Positions 38,686 to 52,049 are shown, counted from the first letter of the whole stretch. The stretch is DNA of 63,497 bases, filler included, from Reticulomyxa filosa (GCA_000512085.1; 22 parts of 22 records of this genome joined end to end with filler, not necessarily neighbours in it), one strand, 5' to 3'. Translations and numbers: made by a program. Notes: generated from the sequence alone by a model not told the origin.

Positions 38686-40375
38686 TTACCAGTCCATGAG
38701 ATATAATTCAGAGATGTCTTTGGTCTCGAATCATTCCAAATCTTGTATGCTAAATCATATTGTGATCATTGAATCGACCTGACCATCTAATACATTTATT
38801 GTAGAGCTTCACTTCTTCTTGTATTCGTTGCCATTCGGTAGGAAGTTGGGAGATTACATTGACAGTGTCATAAGCAGTCTGGTTCATTACACCAAGAATT
38901 CGACACATTACAATCCTTTCCAATCACCTCTTATGAATATCTGCTGCATCATTCCAAATGCAGATGCATACTCGAGACTCTGTATAATAGATTGTACGTA
39001 GATAAACTTGGTCTGACTCCTTTGTATGAGCATAAGTATGTCAAATATCCAAGTTTCCGCGCTGCCTTGCCGTATACGTAAGTAACATGCTTGGAATACA
39101 TCATATGGGAATCAAGGAACAATCTCAGATACTTTACATGATCACATTCCTTCATGCTTAATTGCTGCAATGTCAATTTCATCTTAGGAAATTTCTTTTT
39201 GTTCTGGTGCCTGAATGTGATACATTGCGTCTTATCAGCTGCAAGTAACATCTTCCATTTATTGGACCAAATGGATACTTCATCTAAACTTTGCTGTAAT
39301 AATTGCCCATCACTTGTAAATATTGATGTTCACAATGCCACGTCATCAGTGAACATGCCACATTGAATATGCTGATGGATCACTTTCGGTAGATCATTAA
39401 TATATAATAGCAAATTCTTGAGGAACACTAGTATTGAATTTCATCCATTCTGAATTGGTTCATTCAATACTACTCTTCCAAGTCGATCTGATAAGAAGCA
39501 TCAATCCACCAATACAATCTTCCATCTAATTTAAATTCATTTTGCATTTTATATCTCATATGCTGCATAGATGTCCAATAACACTGTATATGTCACTGAA
39601 TTACAATCAAGGACTTGTGGATCGTCTCAGCCAGTCACAATAACAATTCATCTGTATTATGCCTTGTGTTTGGTGATTCTTTCCATCAATTTACCAACAC
39701 TTGATAACAACACAATGGAGACAAATGTCCCAATGCATCAATAACTTCCTTTATAATGTCACTTTTATGAATATCAAATGACCAAATACAACTTTCATCC
39801 AATTTCAATGGCTTAGATATCGCCACTTCAAATCTAATTTCTTCTTCTACTATCTCATGCTTTTCATCCACATCTTTTGGATGCTGAGGTGGCTCTGCAA
39901 ATGTCTTTGCCAACAGATATGCTTTCTTTGCATCTGATCTCGCAACTGAATTGGTCTCCTTGTTCACCAATGCTGGAATAATACAAATTTTATTGGTGCC
40001 TTAAATTGCGTGAATAAATTCCTTGTATTCCCTTCATGCAATGAATCAATTCTTTTCACCATGTGCTGATGCTTTTCTAATAACAATTTCCGTCGCAATT
40101 GCTTGGTAATTCTCTTATACATCAAATTTCTTGGTATCCTTTGTTTACGAAATCTGTTCTAATTTCTGAACTCTCTTTCATAATCGACATAAACTGTCAC
40201 TCCACCAAGGTTTATTGCCTTTCCAAATAATTCAAATACCAGCATCAATAACACATTTGGTCCAAGATTCAACTGCTTTGTCCAATATCTCTGTGCTTCC
40301 CAATACAATAGGATATGATCAATAAATTGCATCCAATTGTCAATGTCCCTCTTCAATCTCAATCTAAATTGTTCC
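38686..40375 (-). mobile_element. Degenerate non-LTR (LINE) retrotransposon RT, 5'-truncated
   Basis: KAYLLAKTF, VPQ, LLYINDLP..CGMFTDDVAL, VKYLRLFLDSHM...HV, LGYL; many frameshifts and stops. Confidence 0.85.
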
Positions 40376-40379
40376 TATT

Positions 40380-40867
40380 TGTTGAAAAATAAAGATTTAA
40401 ACCTAATTTTTTAAAAAAAAATATCTACTAATCTTGTAGTTTTTAAATATTAAATTTTTTTTTTTTGCTAATTTTTTTTTATTGTTGATATTTTTAATTA
40501 ACATTTCCAAAATTTTGAAACATTAAAAAAAGAGTTTCTGTAGTATGCCGGTTGGTGGAGCTAGCATTAGATCTGTAGCAAAGAAATTTAATAAAGTATA
40601 GTGTTGGACTTGTGAGAAGACTAAGTGTAATACGAAAGGAACTTGGTTCCAAAAGAACAACTTCGGTAAAAGAAAGTAAATTAAAAAAGGAATAATGACA
40701 ACTAAAAAGGAGAGAAACAAGTACAAAGAGAGAAAAGTGAGTTGCGTTGAGAAGAGGGTTTTAACCGTTCCGTTAGTAGTTGGGGATTTATAGCAGGGAC
40801 TTTCCCTACAATAGCTTCGATTATTGCTGTCGTCATATAAGTGTAATGGAACCATAAAAAGAAAAGC
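40380..40867 (+). mobile_element. Tc1/mariner-like degenerate copy interrupted by a solo LTR
   Basis: 40380-40450 matches 38520-38585; 40468-40601 plus 40811-40867 match 10112-10318. Confidence 0.7.
40602..40810 (-). mobile_element. Solo LTR (209 bp), TG...CA termini, 4-bp TSD ATAG
   Basis: Absent from the homologous empty site at about 10266-10269 (agtATAGcttcg). Flanked by ATAG at 40598-40601 and 40811-40814; TATAAAT box followed by a CT-rich tract on the minus strand. Confidence 0.8.
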
Positions 40868-40989
40868 NNNNNNNNNNNNNNNNNNNNNNNNNNNNNNNNN
40901 NNNNNNNNNNNTTAATTAATTAANNNNNNNNNNNNNNNNNNNNNNNNNNNNNNNNNNNNNNNNNNNNATATATATATGTACATATACAT

Positions 40990-42445
40990 ATATATATGTA
41001 TACCAGTGTCGTCATTTTCATAATCACTTGGTTTAGTTCCATTGCTTTGATTAGACGATCGATTGACAAGTTGTTTCTGTGTTTGTCTGCGTTTTTGAAA
41101 TGCCCGATAATCGTCATGGCCACTGTCACTCCCACTTCCGCTTCCTTTGCTACTCATGCCAATGCTGATACTACTACCACTGCTTATTCTTTTATGACTG
41201 TTTTTAGTTTTCTTTCGTTTGTCTATTTTTATTTTTTTTGAATTTCGCCTTTTGTTATTGGCATTGCCATTATTATTATTATTATCCATTTGTATATTCT
41301 TAGTACTGTTGTCCTTATTGGCCGTGGTTTTCGTGACCTGAAACAAGGTCGAATTGTTTGCAGCTTTTGCCAATGGCTGTCGTGGTTCTCCAGTGGACAG
41401 CTCGGACAATGACGAGCATTCTTCGTCTGAATCTTTGACGCTCTCACTTCCTGAAGATTGGCTCAAGGCCGCAGAGCCATAGATCAACACTCCAGATCGA
41501 CTCACACGATTCATTAATGCCACATTTTCCATTGGATAATTGTTTTCTTTTTCGTGCACTCCCAATAGCAACTCGGCCAAATCCAATATTTGATCATTAT
41601 TTAAATAGGCGTGACTAAATAACACCGCCAATGTGCGTGATGTGACATGCGATAATACTTCTGATGATGATGATAGCCATCGCACAAAGATATTTTTAAC
41701 GAATTTTATATCACAAAATAGCTCTGTGTTTTTTTTGTATTCATTAATTGACACTTTTTTTTTACAAAAAAAATGAATTAGTGCTTCTTTTCTCCTCTCT
41801 CTCTTTCTCTTGGCATATGCCAATAGACCCAAAACAAAAGATACAGCACACATGCCGCTCGAACACTTTCTTGGCTCATATTGTTATTGGCATTTTTTGT
41901 GTGTTGGCAATCATTGCACATAATGTTTGTTACATATTACATATACATTACTATTTTTTTTCGTTTGTTGTTTTATTTCCCCTTTTGTATACGCCTCTTT
42001 TCTCCCTCTCATCTTTCTTTGCAAACTAACCAAGTCGATAGGTGCCATATTTTGTTCGCGGAGTGAGTAAAGGAATAGACAAATCGAGTTTTGGTTTACT
42101 CTCCGAATTATCTTCATCCATTGGCGACTGTTGCATATTAGTGCGGGCTTGAAGCTTACTTACTGTACTTGTGATACCTGCAGTCATCATTGACGAAATA
42201 TTTGGATTGGGTTTAAAAAAAGCGGATTTATCCACTGGGCCATTGTCTCGTTTGTCTTTTTCTTTTGCCAGCTGTGCATATCTCTCACGGATCTGATCTT
42301 GTTGTTTTTTCAATTCTTCTACAAAGTGAGCTTGGATATCGCTCATCACTATTAACAACTCTTCTTCATCCGTACACATTTGTAGCTCATCATACAATTC
42401 TCTTTCGTCTGCCAAGAATTTAACATCTAACCTCGTGCTGTCCAT
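40990..42445 (-). CDS. Hypothetical protein, multi-exon, 3'-truncated
   Basis: Long coding-like exons (42445-42035, about 41720-41000); coiled coil, then helical region, then low-complexity S/N/K region. Confidence 0.55.
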
Positions 42446-42749
42446 TCACGTTTTGTTTGTGCTTGCTCACGTTTTCCCCCCATTTCTTGTAAATTTCGTG
42501 TTGTTAAGTTTGAGCTACACGTACTGTTTTCCATGTTTATACCGTAAATACAAGTTGAAGGTTTTCACTATATTTTTTATTATTAAAAGAGTATTAAAGC
42601 TTTGCTTAATGGCAAGAAACTTGTAAAACGAAACCTCTGACAAGGACAACAGAACAGACAAGGTATACATCTGTGTGACCGAATTTAGTTTTAAAGTTAA
42701 GTACCTTCGAACGTTGTTTCAAAAAAACCACACAAAACAATTTTCTAAA

Positions 42750-43713
42750 ATGTCCCGTATGTTGCGCTGTTCGTTGTTTACTCAACTTCAATCTTCCGTC
42801 GTGAAGAATGATGTTCGTTCTTTCAATAAACATCTTATTCCAACTTTGAGTGCTTGTGCAACAACGAGAGGAATGAATTGGCAAAGTAGACATTGGAACC
42901 ATAGTTTCCGAACTCAACTCTACAATGATGATCTCTACGCGCCGAATCGTGTGCCAATTCGCAGCACGACAATCATATGTGTGCGCAAAGGAGACGATGT
43001 GGTTTTAATGGGCGATGGACAAATGACAATCGGCAGCGTTGTTGCAAAGCACAACGCCAAAAAACTGAGAAAATTGTCAGGAGGCAAAGTAATTGCCGGT
43101 TTTGCAGGTAATTGATCTGATGAACCACCCCCTTTTTCCAAAAAAAAAATTGAGAAATTTACTCGGCTACTTTCAATCCTACAGGAGCTGCGGCTGACGG
43201 AATCGCATTAATTGACTTATTGGAAAAGAAATTAAGTGAAAGAGATGGTATGTTTGTGACATTACATAAGACCCAAAAGAAAAATAGGTCAAACGAGAGA
43301 AGGTTTAAGCATTGCTATGTATATGGACATATTCTAGTCTCTCTTGTAACCTCTTGTGAATAGAGCTTCGTCGTGCATGTGTCGAGACGACACGATTGTG
43401 GCGAACAGACAAGATATTGAGAAGATTGGAAGCACTGATCATAGTGGCAGATGAAAAGTCGACCTTTGAATTAACTGGCAATGGTGAGTTAGTGGAGTCT
43501 GAAACTGGAATTATCGCCATTGGAAGTGGTGGACACTTTGCCGAAGCTGCAGCTCGAGCTTTGATTGATACCAATTTGACTGCTGATGAAATCGCCGCTA
43601 AGTCCATGAAGATTGCCGCGGATATGTGCGTGTACACAAATGGTCACATTTCCAAATTGAAATTAGTCAAAGGCAAAGGGATTGTCGAGGATACCATCGA
43701 TTCCAAGAACTAA
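42750..43713 (+). CDS. hslV: Mitochondrial ATP-dependent protease subunit HslV (ClpQ), 3 exons
   Basis: Transit peptide, then [21 protein letters not shown]; IAGFAG|AAADG; [12 protein letters not shown]; AIGSGG; [10 protein letters not shown]. Confidence 0.95.
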
Positions 43714-44685
43714 GTGTAGTCTTTTGACAAGAGAAAAAAAGGAAAATAAAATTCAATTGTTTTTGCTGGTGTCAAATTGTGTGTACTTTTCTTGGTTGTT
43801 CCAATCGACCAAATTGAAATGACATCAAGCTGTGATGAGACCAACAATTGCCTACTGCATACTTCTTGTCTTCGTGTGATCTATCTTTTGTCGCAATTCA
43901 AACAAATCCTTTTAACATGGCCTGAAGATAACAAAAAAATATTTGAAGCCATCATTCTGGGTTATTGTTTATATATGATAAAATCAAGTGTAACTTTTGC
44001 TCCAACCTTGGAAAGTTGCACGAAATATTTAATAAAGTCTCTTAAAAGTCACATTACTTTTGTTTTTTTATAAACTTCTCAAATAAAGGCCTTGCCACGT
44101 CCACCGTTATGTTCAAAGCAATAACAAAAGTGATGTGGCTGATTTTACAATTTTTTGTGGGTGCCTGTAAATATGAATGTTTCAGTGTAATGAAAACTTG
44201 CTCCAGTTGCAACAAAAAAAATTGAATCTGAGTAAGTAAAGATACCGTATCCACAAAGACGGCATTCAACAGTTACATTGTAAAACATCAATTGCTAGTC
44301 ATTTTTTTTTAGAAATAGTAAGAATTTTCTTCAGAATTCTGCACATTGTTACACAATTTCTTTGTAGAATTTTTTCCAGTATCTGCTTGCGTTATATATT
44401 TTTTTTCAAGTACACTAGAAATGTAAAGTGAATATATGCTTTGTTTTAATTTTTTTGAATTTTTAAAAGGCGTAAGTTATTTTTGTAATGTATTTTATTT
44501 TTTGTCGTTAGAATGTCTTAGTTTATCATGAAACTTTGCTCGATCACAAAGCAAGAACAAAGGAAATGAGATTTCTATTTTACTGACGTACTTTGAAATA
44601 TAACTATCTGAATGCTTACCAGGCACACAAAGTTAAACTGCAAAGCAATATACACAGAATTATTAAAATTTTAATTTAATTAATA

Positions 44686-44739
44686 CAGTATGTTGCAAAG
44701 AAAACTGAACGCCTAAAACATATCTTATGATGATAATTG
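44686..44739 (+). mobile_element. Tc1/mariner-like element end (second copy)
   Basis: TA|CAGTATGTTGCAAAGAAAACTGAACGCCTAAAACATATCTTATGATGATAATTG; one mismatch to the copy at 38457. Confidence 0.7.
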
Positions 44740-47163
44740 NNNNNNNNNNNNNNNNNNNNNNNNNNNNNNNNNNNNNNNNNNNNTTAATTAATTAANNNNN
44801 NNNNNNNNNNNNNNNNNNNNNNNNNNNNNNNNNNNNNNNGGAAATGATTTGTTAATATGGTATTCACTTTGTTATGCAAGCGACAGCATTATTTGCAAGG
44901 TTAAAAGGGAGTTTTTGAATTTGAAACAGTAATTCAACTAGTGAATAAGAGAGAAAAAAGCTGTCTTGTTTGCTTTGCTGAATCATTGTATTTGCTTATT
45001 TCTGTCTAATTTTTGAAATTTGTCGTTTTGACTTGTTCGTTTTTTAAATTGTGTGTATTTTCTATTAATTGTGGGTCATTTTTGATTTTTTGAACCTGTT
45101 TTTAAAAAATCACCTAGTTTGCATTCAAGAAATAGAAAATTTATTTTTTAAATTAAGTAATTATTAAGTGAACTGGTTGTTGTATTATTTAGTTGTTTTA
45201 TTAATTAAAACAGTGTGTTACAAGGGGGAGCTTAGTTCCATTTTTTTTATGCTCGTATATATAATGTTTGTCTTTGTACAACAAACAACAAAGTTTGCGT
45301 ACATATCTGAAGTAAAAAGTGATTAAAAACAAAATTGTACGAATAGAAGTGTTCGAATTATTCAAAGATCTTCGGGTTGACAAACAAGGTGTCACTTTTG
45401 GTATTGCCATCAACGAAATATCGAACAAATTGAATGTTATATTTTTTTGCTCCTTTTAAGAGAAAAGTAGTAACAGAAGGACTTCAATGTTGTCATAAAA
45501 CTGGATATTTTGCACTGTGTAAAAAGTGATGCTGACTTAAAAAAATACTTACTTCGAAAACTAGATCGAAGAAACTTGCATGAAACTCTACACATAGTTT
45601 TTATTTTGAATTTCGATGTTGATTATTTCTTATTTGTAGAAAATTCAGCCCCTTTGAAAAGAAAAGACATTGAATTCTCTTTTTTTCGTTGATAATATAA
45701 AAATGTAAAACTCTTTTCACTGTTTCTTCAGAATGAAAAATAAGTCGTTAGTATTTGAAGAACAAATATCATATAACGTGGTATCTTGCATTGAACAGAA
45801 ATCTGTTGGCCAAAGAGACTTTTGGAAAATTATGAATTTGTGTAAAATGTGATCAAATGCATGACACGCTTTGTACATTGATACATTATATCTTTGAAAA
45901 ATGAACTCAATGATAAATAATCTGCAGCTAAATTNNNNNNNNNNNNNNNNNNNNNNNNNNNNNNNNNNNNNNNNNNNNTTAATTAATTAANNNNNNNNNN
46001 NNNNNNNNNNNNNNNNNNNNNNNNNNNNNNNNNNTATTTTTAAAAAGATAATATAAAAAAAACAAACCATATGTACTCCTTTCGGAGACGGGGGGTGGAT
46101 CTACCACTTTATTTTTTTGTCATTGTCGTCACGATCGTTGTTGCCTATTTTTTTAATATGCACATAACACAATATAAAAGATTCACAAAACAATTTATAA
46201 AGGTTCTCCAAAAAAACATATACATATACGTATGTCAAAAAAATTGTCATATATATCAAATAATCTTGTATTCGTTGATTGTGCTTGTCTGACCGTTATT
46301 AATTGTCGCTGCAGCTGTCGTCGTAGTCAGCCATATCATTTGCCACATACTGACCATTTTGTGGGACTACTTTGCCCATTCCAACATTTGCAAACTGGAT
46401 GAACCATCATCTGATGCACTAGTGTGCATGGGCACAATGCCACATTCACACCTTGCTTGCTAGCAAACGTGTAGTCAGATGCTTGATTGCACCCACTTGC
46501 AATATTGACTGTTGTATTTATATATATATGTATATGTGGAATTGAATATGTATTACTATCGCCAAAGTTTCATATATATGTACATTTTTCTTATTATTTA
46601 TTTTTTAATTGAAAGAAAGATATAATGAGATTAACTGAAATGAACATGACTTGGAGCTGATTTGACTGTTGGAGTGGTAATTGGATTGATTTTGAGTTTG
46701 GATGCGTTTGTGCCCGTTGTGTGTGGCCTTAAGTAATGAAGTGCAAATTTGTAACGGCCAACTTTGAGAGAAATGACTTGGGCAATCGGACAAACATTGA
46801 ATGGCGTGATCATAGTCGTAACGCCAGCCCAAGACTTCAAACTTCTTCAAGACAATTAAAAAAGGTTTTTGACTACCCAACCGCACAACTTTGAGAAAAA
46901 AGAAATTTGTAATTTTTTTGGAATGTCAATTGGTCAATTGATGTTTGCTTTTTGTGAATATTTGCTATTTTTTTGTTCAGATTTTTTTAAATATTGAGAA
47001 GATATGTACCAGACAAAGCAAAAACACTTTTTGAAAATTTCTTGCCAAAAAGTAAAAAGGAATNNNNNNNNNNNNNNNNNNNNNNNNNNNNNNNNNNNNN
47101 NNNNNNNTTAATTAATTAANNNNNNNNNNNNNNNNNNNNNNNNNNNNNNNNNNNNNNNNNNNN

Positions 47164-48249
47164 GCGTGACTTCTTTCGTAGCACGTGCTCGAACTTGCTG
47201 TTAAACTTTGACATTGGTCTCTTGATCTCACGAGTCGGGTTGATGTTTGAGAATGAATAAGGCCAAATCTTTTGTGCATTTTTGTATAATTGACAATCAA
47301 ATTGAAAGTGACTCCGGAAGTATGATCAGCCAATATCCATATGCTCTCAATACGTTTATACGAAATAGAGCTTCAATTTCCACCAGCGTTGGCGTCGACA
47401 AAAAAGTGGAGCGGCAATGGAACAGCAGTTAGGTTTAATGCATACGGTGAAAATGATGACATTATAAACTACACTACAAACAATAAATTCTGTGTACTAC
47501 ACACTCCTTTTTCAACAATTCATTTGGAGTATCTTCAATACTCTGCATCACATATATATATATCCATGTTTTACAAGAAGGAGAGCCATAAGACAATTCC
47601 GAATTGAATAAGTGATTGTTGCGGCTCATCACACGATTTCGCTTGATTGTTTGGTTTCCAGCAATTGCATTGTTCCGTATTCGTAACTAAAATAATTAGC
47701 TAAAAATATTCGCATCCTCAATCCGAGTACAATCACGCTAATAACATTTCTACATCCTTCTCTGTGTCCACAGGTCAAATTCACTCCCTTTGGTGCACTC
47801 GATGTAAATATCAACGAAGAATAACACACACTCGACATTGCTATAATTGATACTGCACAAAAGACTTACACACACATATGTATCGGCAATAAAATCTTTC
47901 TGATAATCTTGTTACCACCTGTCGGCTCGATTCATCTGCAATAATTCTGCATTACGCACAAATGTTAACGGATGGTGCGCACTACAATTATTGTTGTACA
48001 ACTCCGTACCGTGAGTTTGCAATGGACCATCTCTGTTGCTTGTTGTGTCAGTTGATGAATATTCCTATGTGCCTTGCAACGGGTAATCTTTGTTGCTGCA
48101 CCATCGTGTTCAGTATTTAAAGCCATTTATGCCACAGACATGCCCTTGTTCTTTGCTGTTGATACAATTAATCCGCAAACAAGATAACTCGTACACAATA
48201 GACTGGCATCGTCTTCACAACTATAGTACAAAGGCGTGAAAAGACATTG
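47164..48249 (-). pseudogene. Degraded Cys-rich protein fragment
   Basis: Coding-like composition with regularly spaced Cys (LTCGHREGC, LCTSYLVC) but stops in all frames. Confidence 0.3.
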
Positions 48250-48514
48250 NNNNNNNNNNNNNNNNNNNNNNNNNNNNNNNNNNNNNNNNNNNNTTAATTA
48301 ATTAANNNNNNNNNNNNNNNNNNNNNNNNNNNNNNNNNNNNNNNNNNNNTTTTTTTCCATTGTTATTATTATTACTTAAAAAAAAAATATATGTAACTTT
48401 GTGATTGACATGAAGGTTGATATTAAAAAAGCGATAATCTTCAGTCTGTTTTCATATTTCACATTTTTTTTTTTTTTTTTGCCTTAAAAAAAAAATAAAA
48501 AAAAGTAAACAGAA

Positions 48515-48772
48515 TGTGGCCATTTGGAAGAGTAAATGTTGTTTGTGACAAAACAGGCTGAATAGGGTATGGATAAGAGACTGCACAAACAACATCGTGC
48601 GACTTGTGCGAGATATAATGGGTCGCTTTGTCATTGTAACTGAATGCCAGCAGGTTTCGGTTGATAGCGCTGTTCCAGCATGCCCCGCCGTAATGGTAGT
48701 TTGCATCATACTGCACTATCCACCAGCAAATTTTCAACAGTTCACATTGGGGAGATAGTTCTGTCCTTTTCC

Positions 48773-48804
<32 letters not shown>

Positions 48805-49343
48805 TACATAACAATTCTACGTTAAACTCCTTCTATATCCTCACTATCACACTTTTTTTTTTTTTTTTTTTTTTTAATAAAAACGGCAGGTTACACGTAT
48901 AATGCCAAAAAAAAAAAAGATTGACGTCAGTGAGTGTGATGAATACTTTTGGTTAGTAAGTAGAAAGGGGGGAAAAAGGAAAAAAAAACAAATTGGCTAC
49001 CCATGGTGTACCCTTTTTTTTTTTTTTTTTTGTAAATGAATGCACTGTTTTCACAGTTACCGGTAATGCTCACTACTTTTGACTCCAACAGGTCAGCCAG
49101 TAGTTCAACTGCCAACTGCGATTGCAAAACGTCTTGTGACTCGCTTATCATTTCAACAATAATGCTAATGATACTATAGGGAAACTCGTATCTCTTGTCA
49201 TCTATATAGCTGTCCAGCGCTTGCCTCAAGTAACTTTTAAAAGTGTTGACGTCTACGGACTCTCTCTCAGCTATTCGTGTTGTCAAAACAGGACCTATTA
49301 CTTCATCTGTTGACTCATCAGTCGAATATTCCTCATATGACAT
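48515..49343 (-). CDS. Hypothetical protein, at least 2 exons, truncated
   Basis: MSYEEYSTDES... exon to about 49062, second exon about 48765-48517; GT..AG boundaries plausible. Confidence 0.55.
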
Positions 49344-50074
49344 TCTCACAAATCAAAACAATTCAACACAACTTTTTTTAACTTTAAACACACAAAAACA
49401 GTGGATGCTGTCCTTTTTCTCTAAACTGAAATTTCATCAACAAACATTTACTCGTTTGCAATAAGCAGTAATTTTGTTTTCGAATGTGAGACCTAAAAGA
49501 CAATACTAAAGCAATTTATAAACTATTCTATTTATTTTTAGAGGTATGGCAAATGTAAAATAAAATTGGCTGGCTATGTATCTAAGATAATATTTTAAAA
49601 GAAATGTAATATGTTGATTTAAAACAATTTAATGTTTTCTATCTGTGCAGTTTGTATTTATACAATTGGAACGTTGTCATTCGTTATGGATGGCTAATTG
49701 CAAAAATAAGTTCGATTTTTGAATTTTCTCAAAATTTTGTGCAAATAAAAAAAAAAAGCAACGCTTTAACTGTTATTTTCAATAGTATCTAAAAACAATT
49801 AAATTCATAAAAAACGGAATTGTCAGACAAACTCACAATTTTCAATCTATTATTTCAGACAAAAAACATCTTTCATCATCAAAAATTATTTTTAAGTGTT
49901 TTGGTGTTAGAGGCACTATTTACAGCCATCTCGCACAAGTTAAAAGGATTAATTTGAAAATTGTTGCTGTTTTCATGTGGTAAGTTTGTTTTCTATTTTT
50001 TTTTTGAAAGGTCTCTTTTCCAAAAAAAGAAAAAGAAAAATTCAGGCTCTGCCATAATCCGCACATATATATTG

Positions 50075-50714
50075 ATGGAGTTCAATCGTTCGAGTTTATA
50101 CTTGACAACAAAAGAGATAATGATAATCAATGCTTGTTGTTTTGTATTGGAGAAGATCTTGGCGCAGCCGTTTGAAAACTTGAAAGTGGAGACGTCGTTG
50201 TTCCCAAAAGCCAACAAAAATGTGTTGGAGATAAAGAGTGGGAGCGGTGAATTGTTCAACTTGAATGACATCAATGAATACTACAAATATTGGAAAGGAC
50301 TGCCATACTTTTGCATGGAATATTTTCCAACGACGTTGATATTTCGTCTGTTGGAATACCCTTGCGAACGTGTGCTTCAAGACCAAGTTTGGGACACCCC
50401 CGCCCAACATCGTGTCAAATCGATGTTTAGAAGTTTGATCCCAAAGTTTGGCTCGTCACTACTGACTATCCCTTTGCGAAATTTGTATATAAGAGCATTA
50501 ATACCAAGCCCAAATGTAAACCAAAGCCCAACAGTCAAGCCAAGCAACGGCGACAGTCAAAAGCTGACCGTTCACCGTTGGAGGCAATATTTTGATCAAA
50601 ACATCAGTCATCTGTACTCTGGATTTTGGGTTCATGCACAGTCTCTATATATCGAAAAAATTGCCGAAAACATATTTGATGCGTTGCGAATGCAATTGAA
50701 ACCCCCAAATGCAG
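50075..50714 (+). CDS. Divergent mitochondrial carrier (SLC25/MCF)-like protein, truncated
   Basis: AQPFENLKVE (Px[DE]xx[KR]); YWKGLP...YFP; second repeat LTIPLRNLYIR..LYSGF. Confidence 0.55.
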
Positions 50715-50867
50715 GTTTGTATATTTTTTTTTTTTTTTCTACCAAAAAAAAAAAAAAAAAATTATTGNNNNNNNNNNNNNNNNNNNNNNNNNNNNNNNNN
50801 NNNNNNNNNNNTTAATTAATTAANNNNNNNNNNNNNNNNNNNNNNNNNNNNNNNNNNNNNNNNNNNN

Positions 50868-51047
50868 GGTCAAATCATTGTATCTTGTTCAGAAGATAAA
50901 ACAGTTCGTTTATGGGATATAAAAACTCAAAAAGAATTACAAATATTGGAAGGACATTCTATGTATGTATCAGGAGTGGATATTTCACCAGATGGTACCA
51001 CTATTGCTTCATGCTCTTGGGACGCAACAATACGATTATGGAGATGA
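50868..51047 (+). CDS. WD40-repeat protein, C-terminal end
   Basis: GQIIVSCSEDKTVRLWDIKTQKELQILEGHSMYVSGVDISPDGTTIASCSWDATIRLWR*; not in the ORF track. Confidence 0.9.
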   Translation, partial: GQIIVSCSEDKTVRLWDIKTQKELQILEGHSMYVSGVDISPDGTTIASCSWDATIRLWR

Positions 51048-52049
51048 TATTTTTTGATTTATTATTATTATTTGCTTTTTTTTTTTTTTTTTCAAATAGT
51101 CGATTGAAGATTTAGTTATGAAATAAAAAAAAAAAGTAAAAAGATATGATACACTCATCCCATTTTTTTGAAAAAACTTGAAGGTTTTCCTTCTCCACAA
51201 AAAAAATTCAGAATAAGATGTATTTCAATGCCCAAAAAGCGGGTTTCCATTCCACAATTGGTTTATTTGTCACTCTTATAATCAGTTTTTTGTGCAGCAC
51301 ATATTGCTTTTGGGCAGTGACAAGAGAAAGAGTAGGTAGTGATATAAATTGTATACGTAAAAAGCTTTTTTTTTTTTTGCAAAATAGAGAGGCCGTAAAT
51401 TGTAAGCTTTTTTTAACTTCAAAAAATAGTTTTTTGTTTCCCTTTTTGTGATGATTCAGTCTTTGTTTGTAATATTAAGAAGCTTTTCCTAATATCACCC
51501 TTTTTTTTTTTTAAGTCTGCAGAATTCAAAGTATTTTCATAAAAAAAAATAAAATCTTAACCTTTGTATTTTTACGCAATTTACGCGCTCAAAACAAAAT
51601 GCTGCTTTTGTTTGTTTGGTAATGGGTTACTAATATTGACATGCTCAAATAATAAACGTGCATGAATATTACGTGTATATTATGTAATTTCTCAGGAAGA
51701 TAATTAAAGTGTGGTTTCAATCCAAGACAAAAAGAAATTTTTAATGTTCACTTTAAACTTTTCAAATAATTTTGAATATAGATTTCAATTTGCTATGTAT
51801 AACACTTGGTTTGATTCAAAGGTATTGCATAACAAAAATCACAAGCAAAAAAAAAAGTCAGTAGCTTTAGCTGCTTTTCAAAACGTCGCAAGCAGATCAC
51901 TAACTCGACTCCAAATATTAATTCCAGTTTATACTTACAACAAAACAAGCAAGAAAAAAATGCGCAAAAATGAACATACGAGTCTGGAGATTGGAGTGTT
52001 TGGTATGATATCACCAAGACTAGAATAAGTTTGGCGATATTTCAGATAG

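Noticed and set aside
46290-46890. Coding-like minus-strand exons
   Set aside because: No consistent frame or motif could be established.
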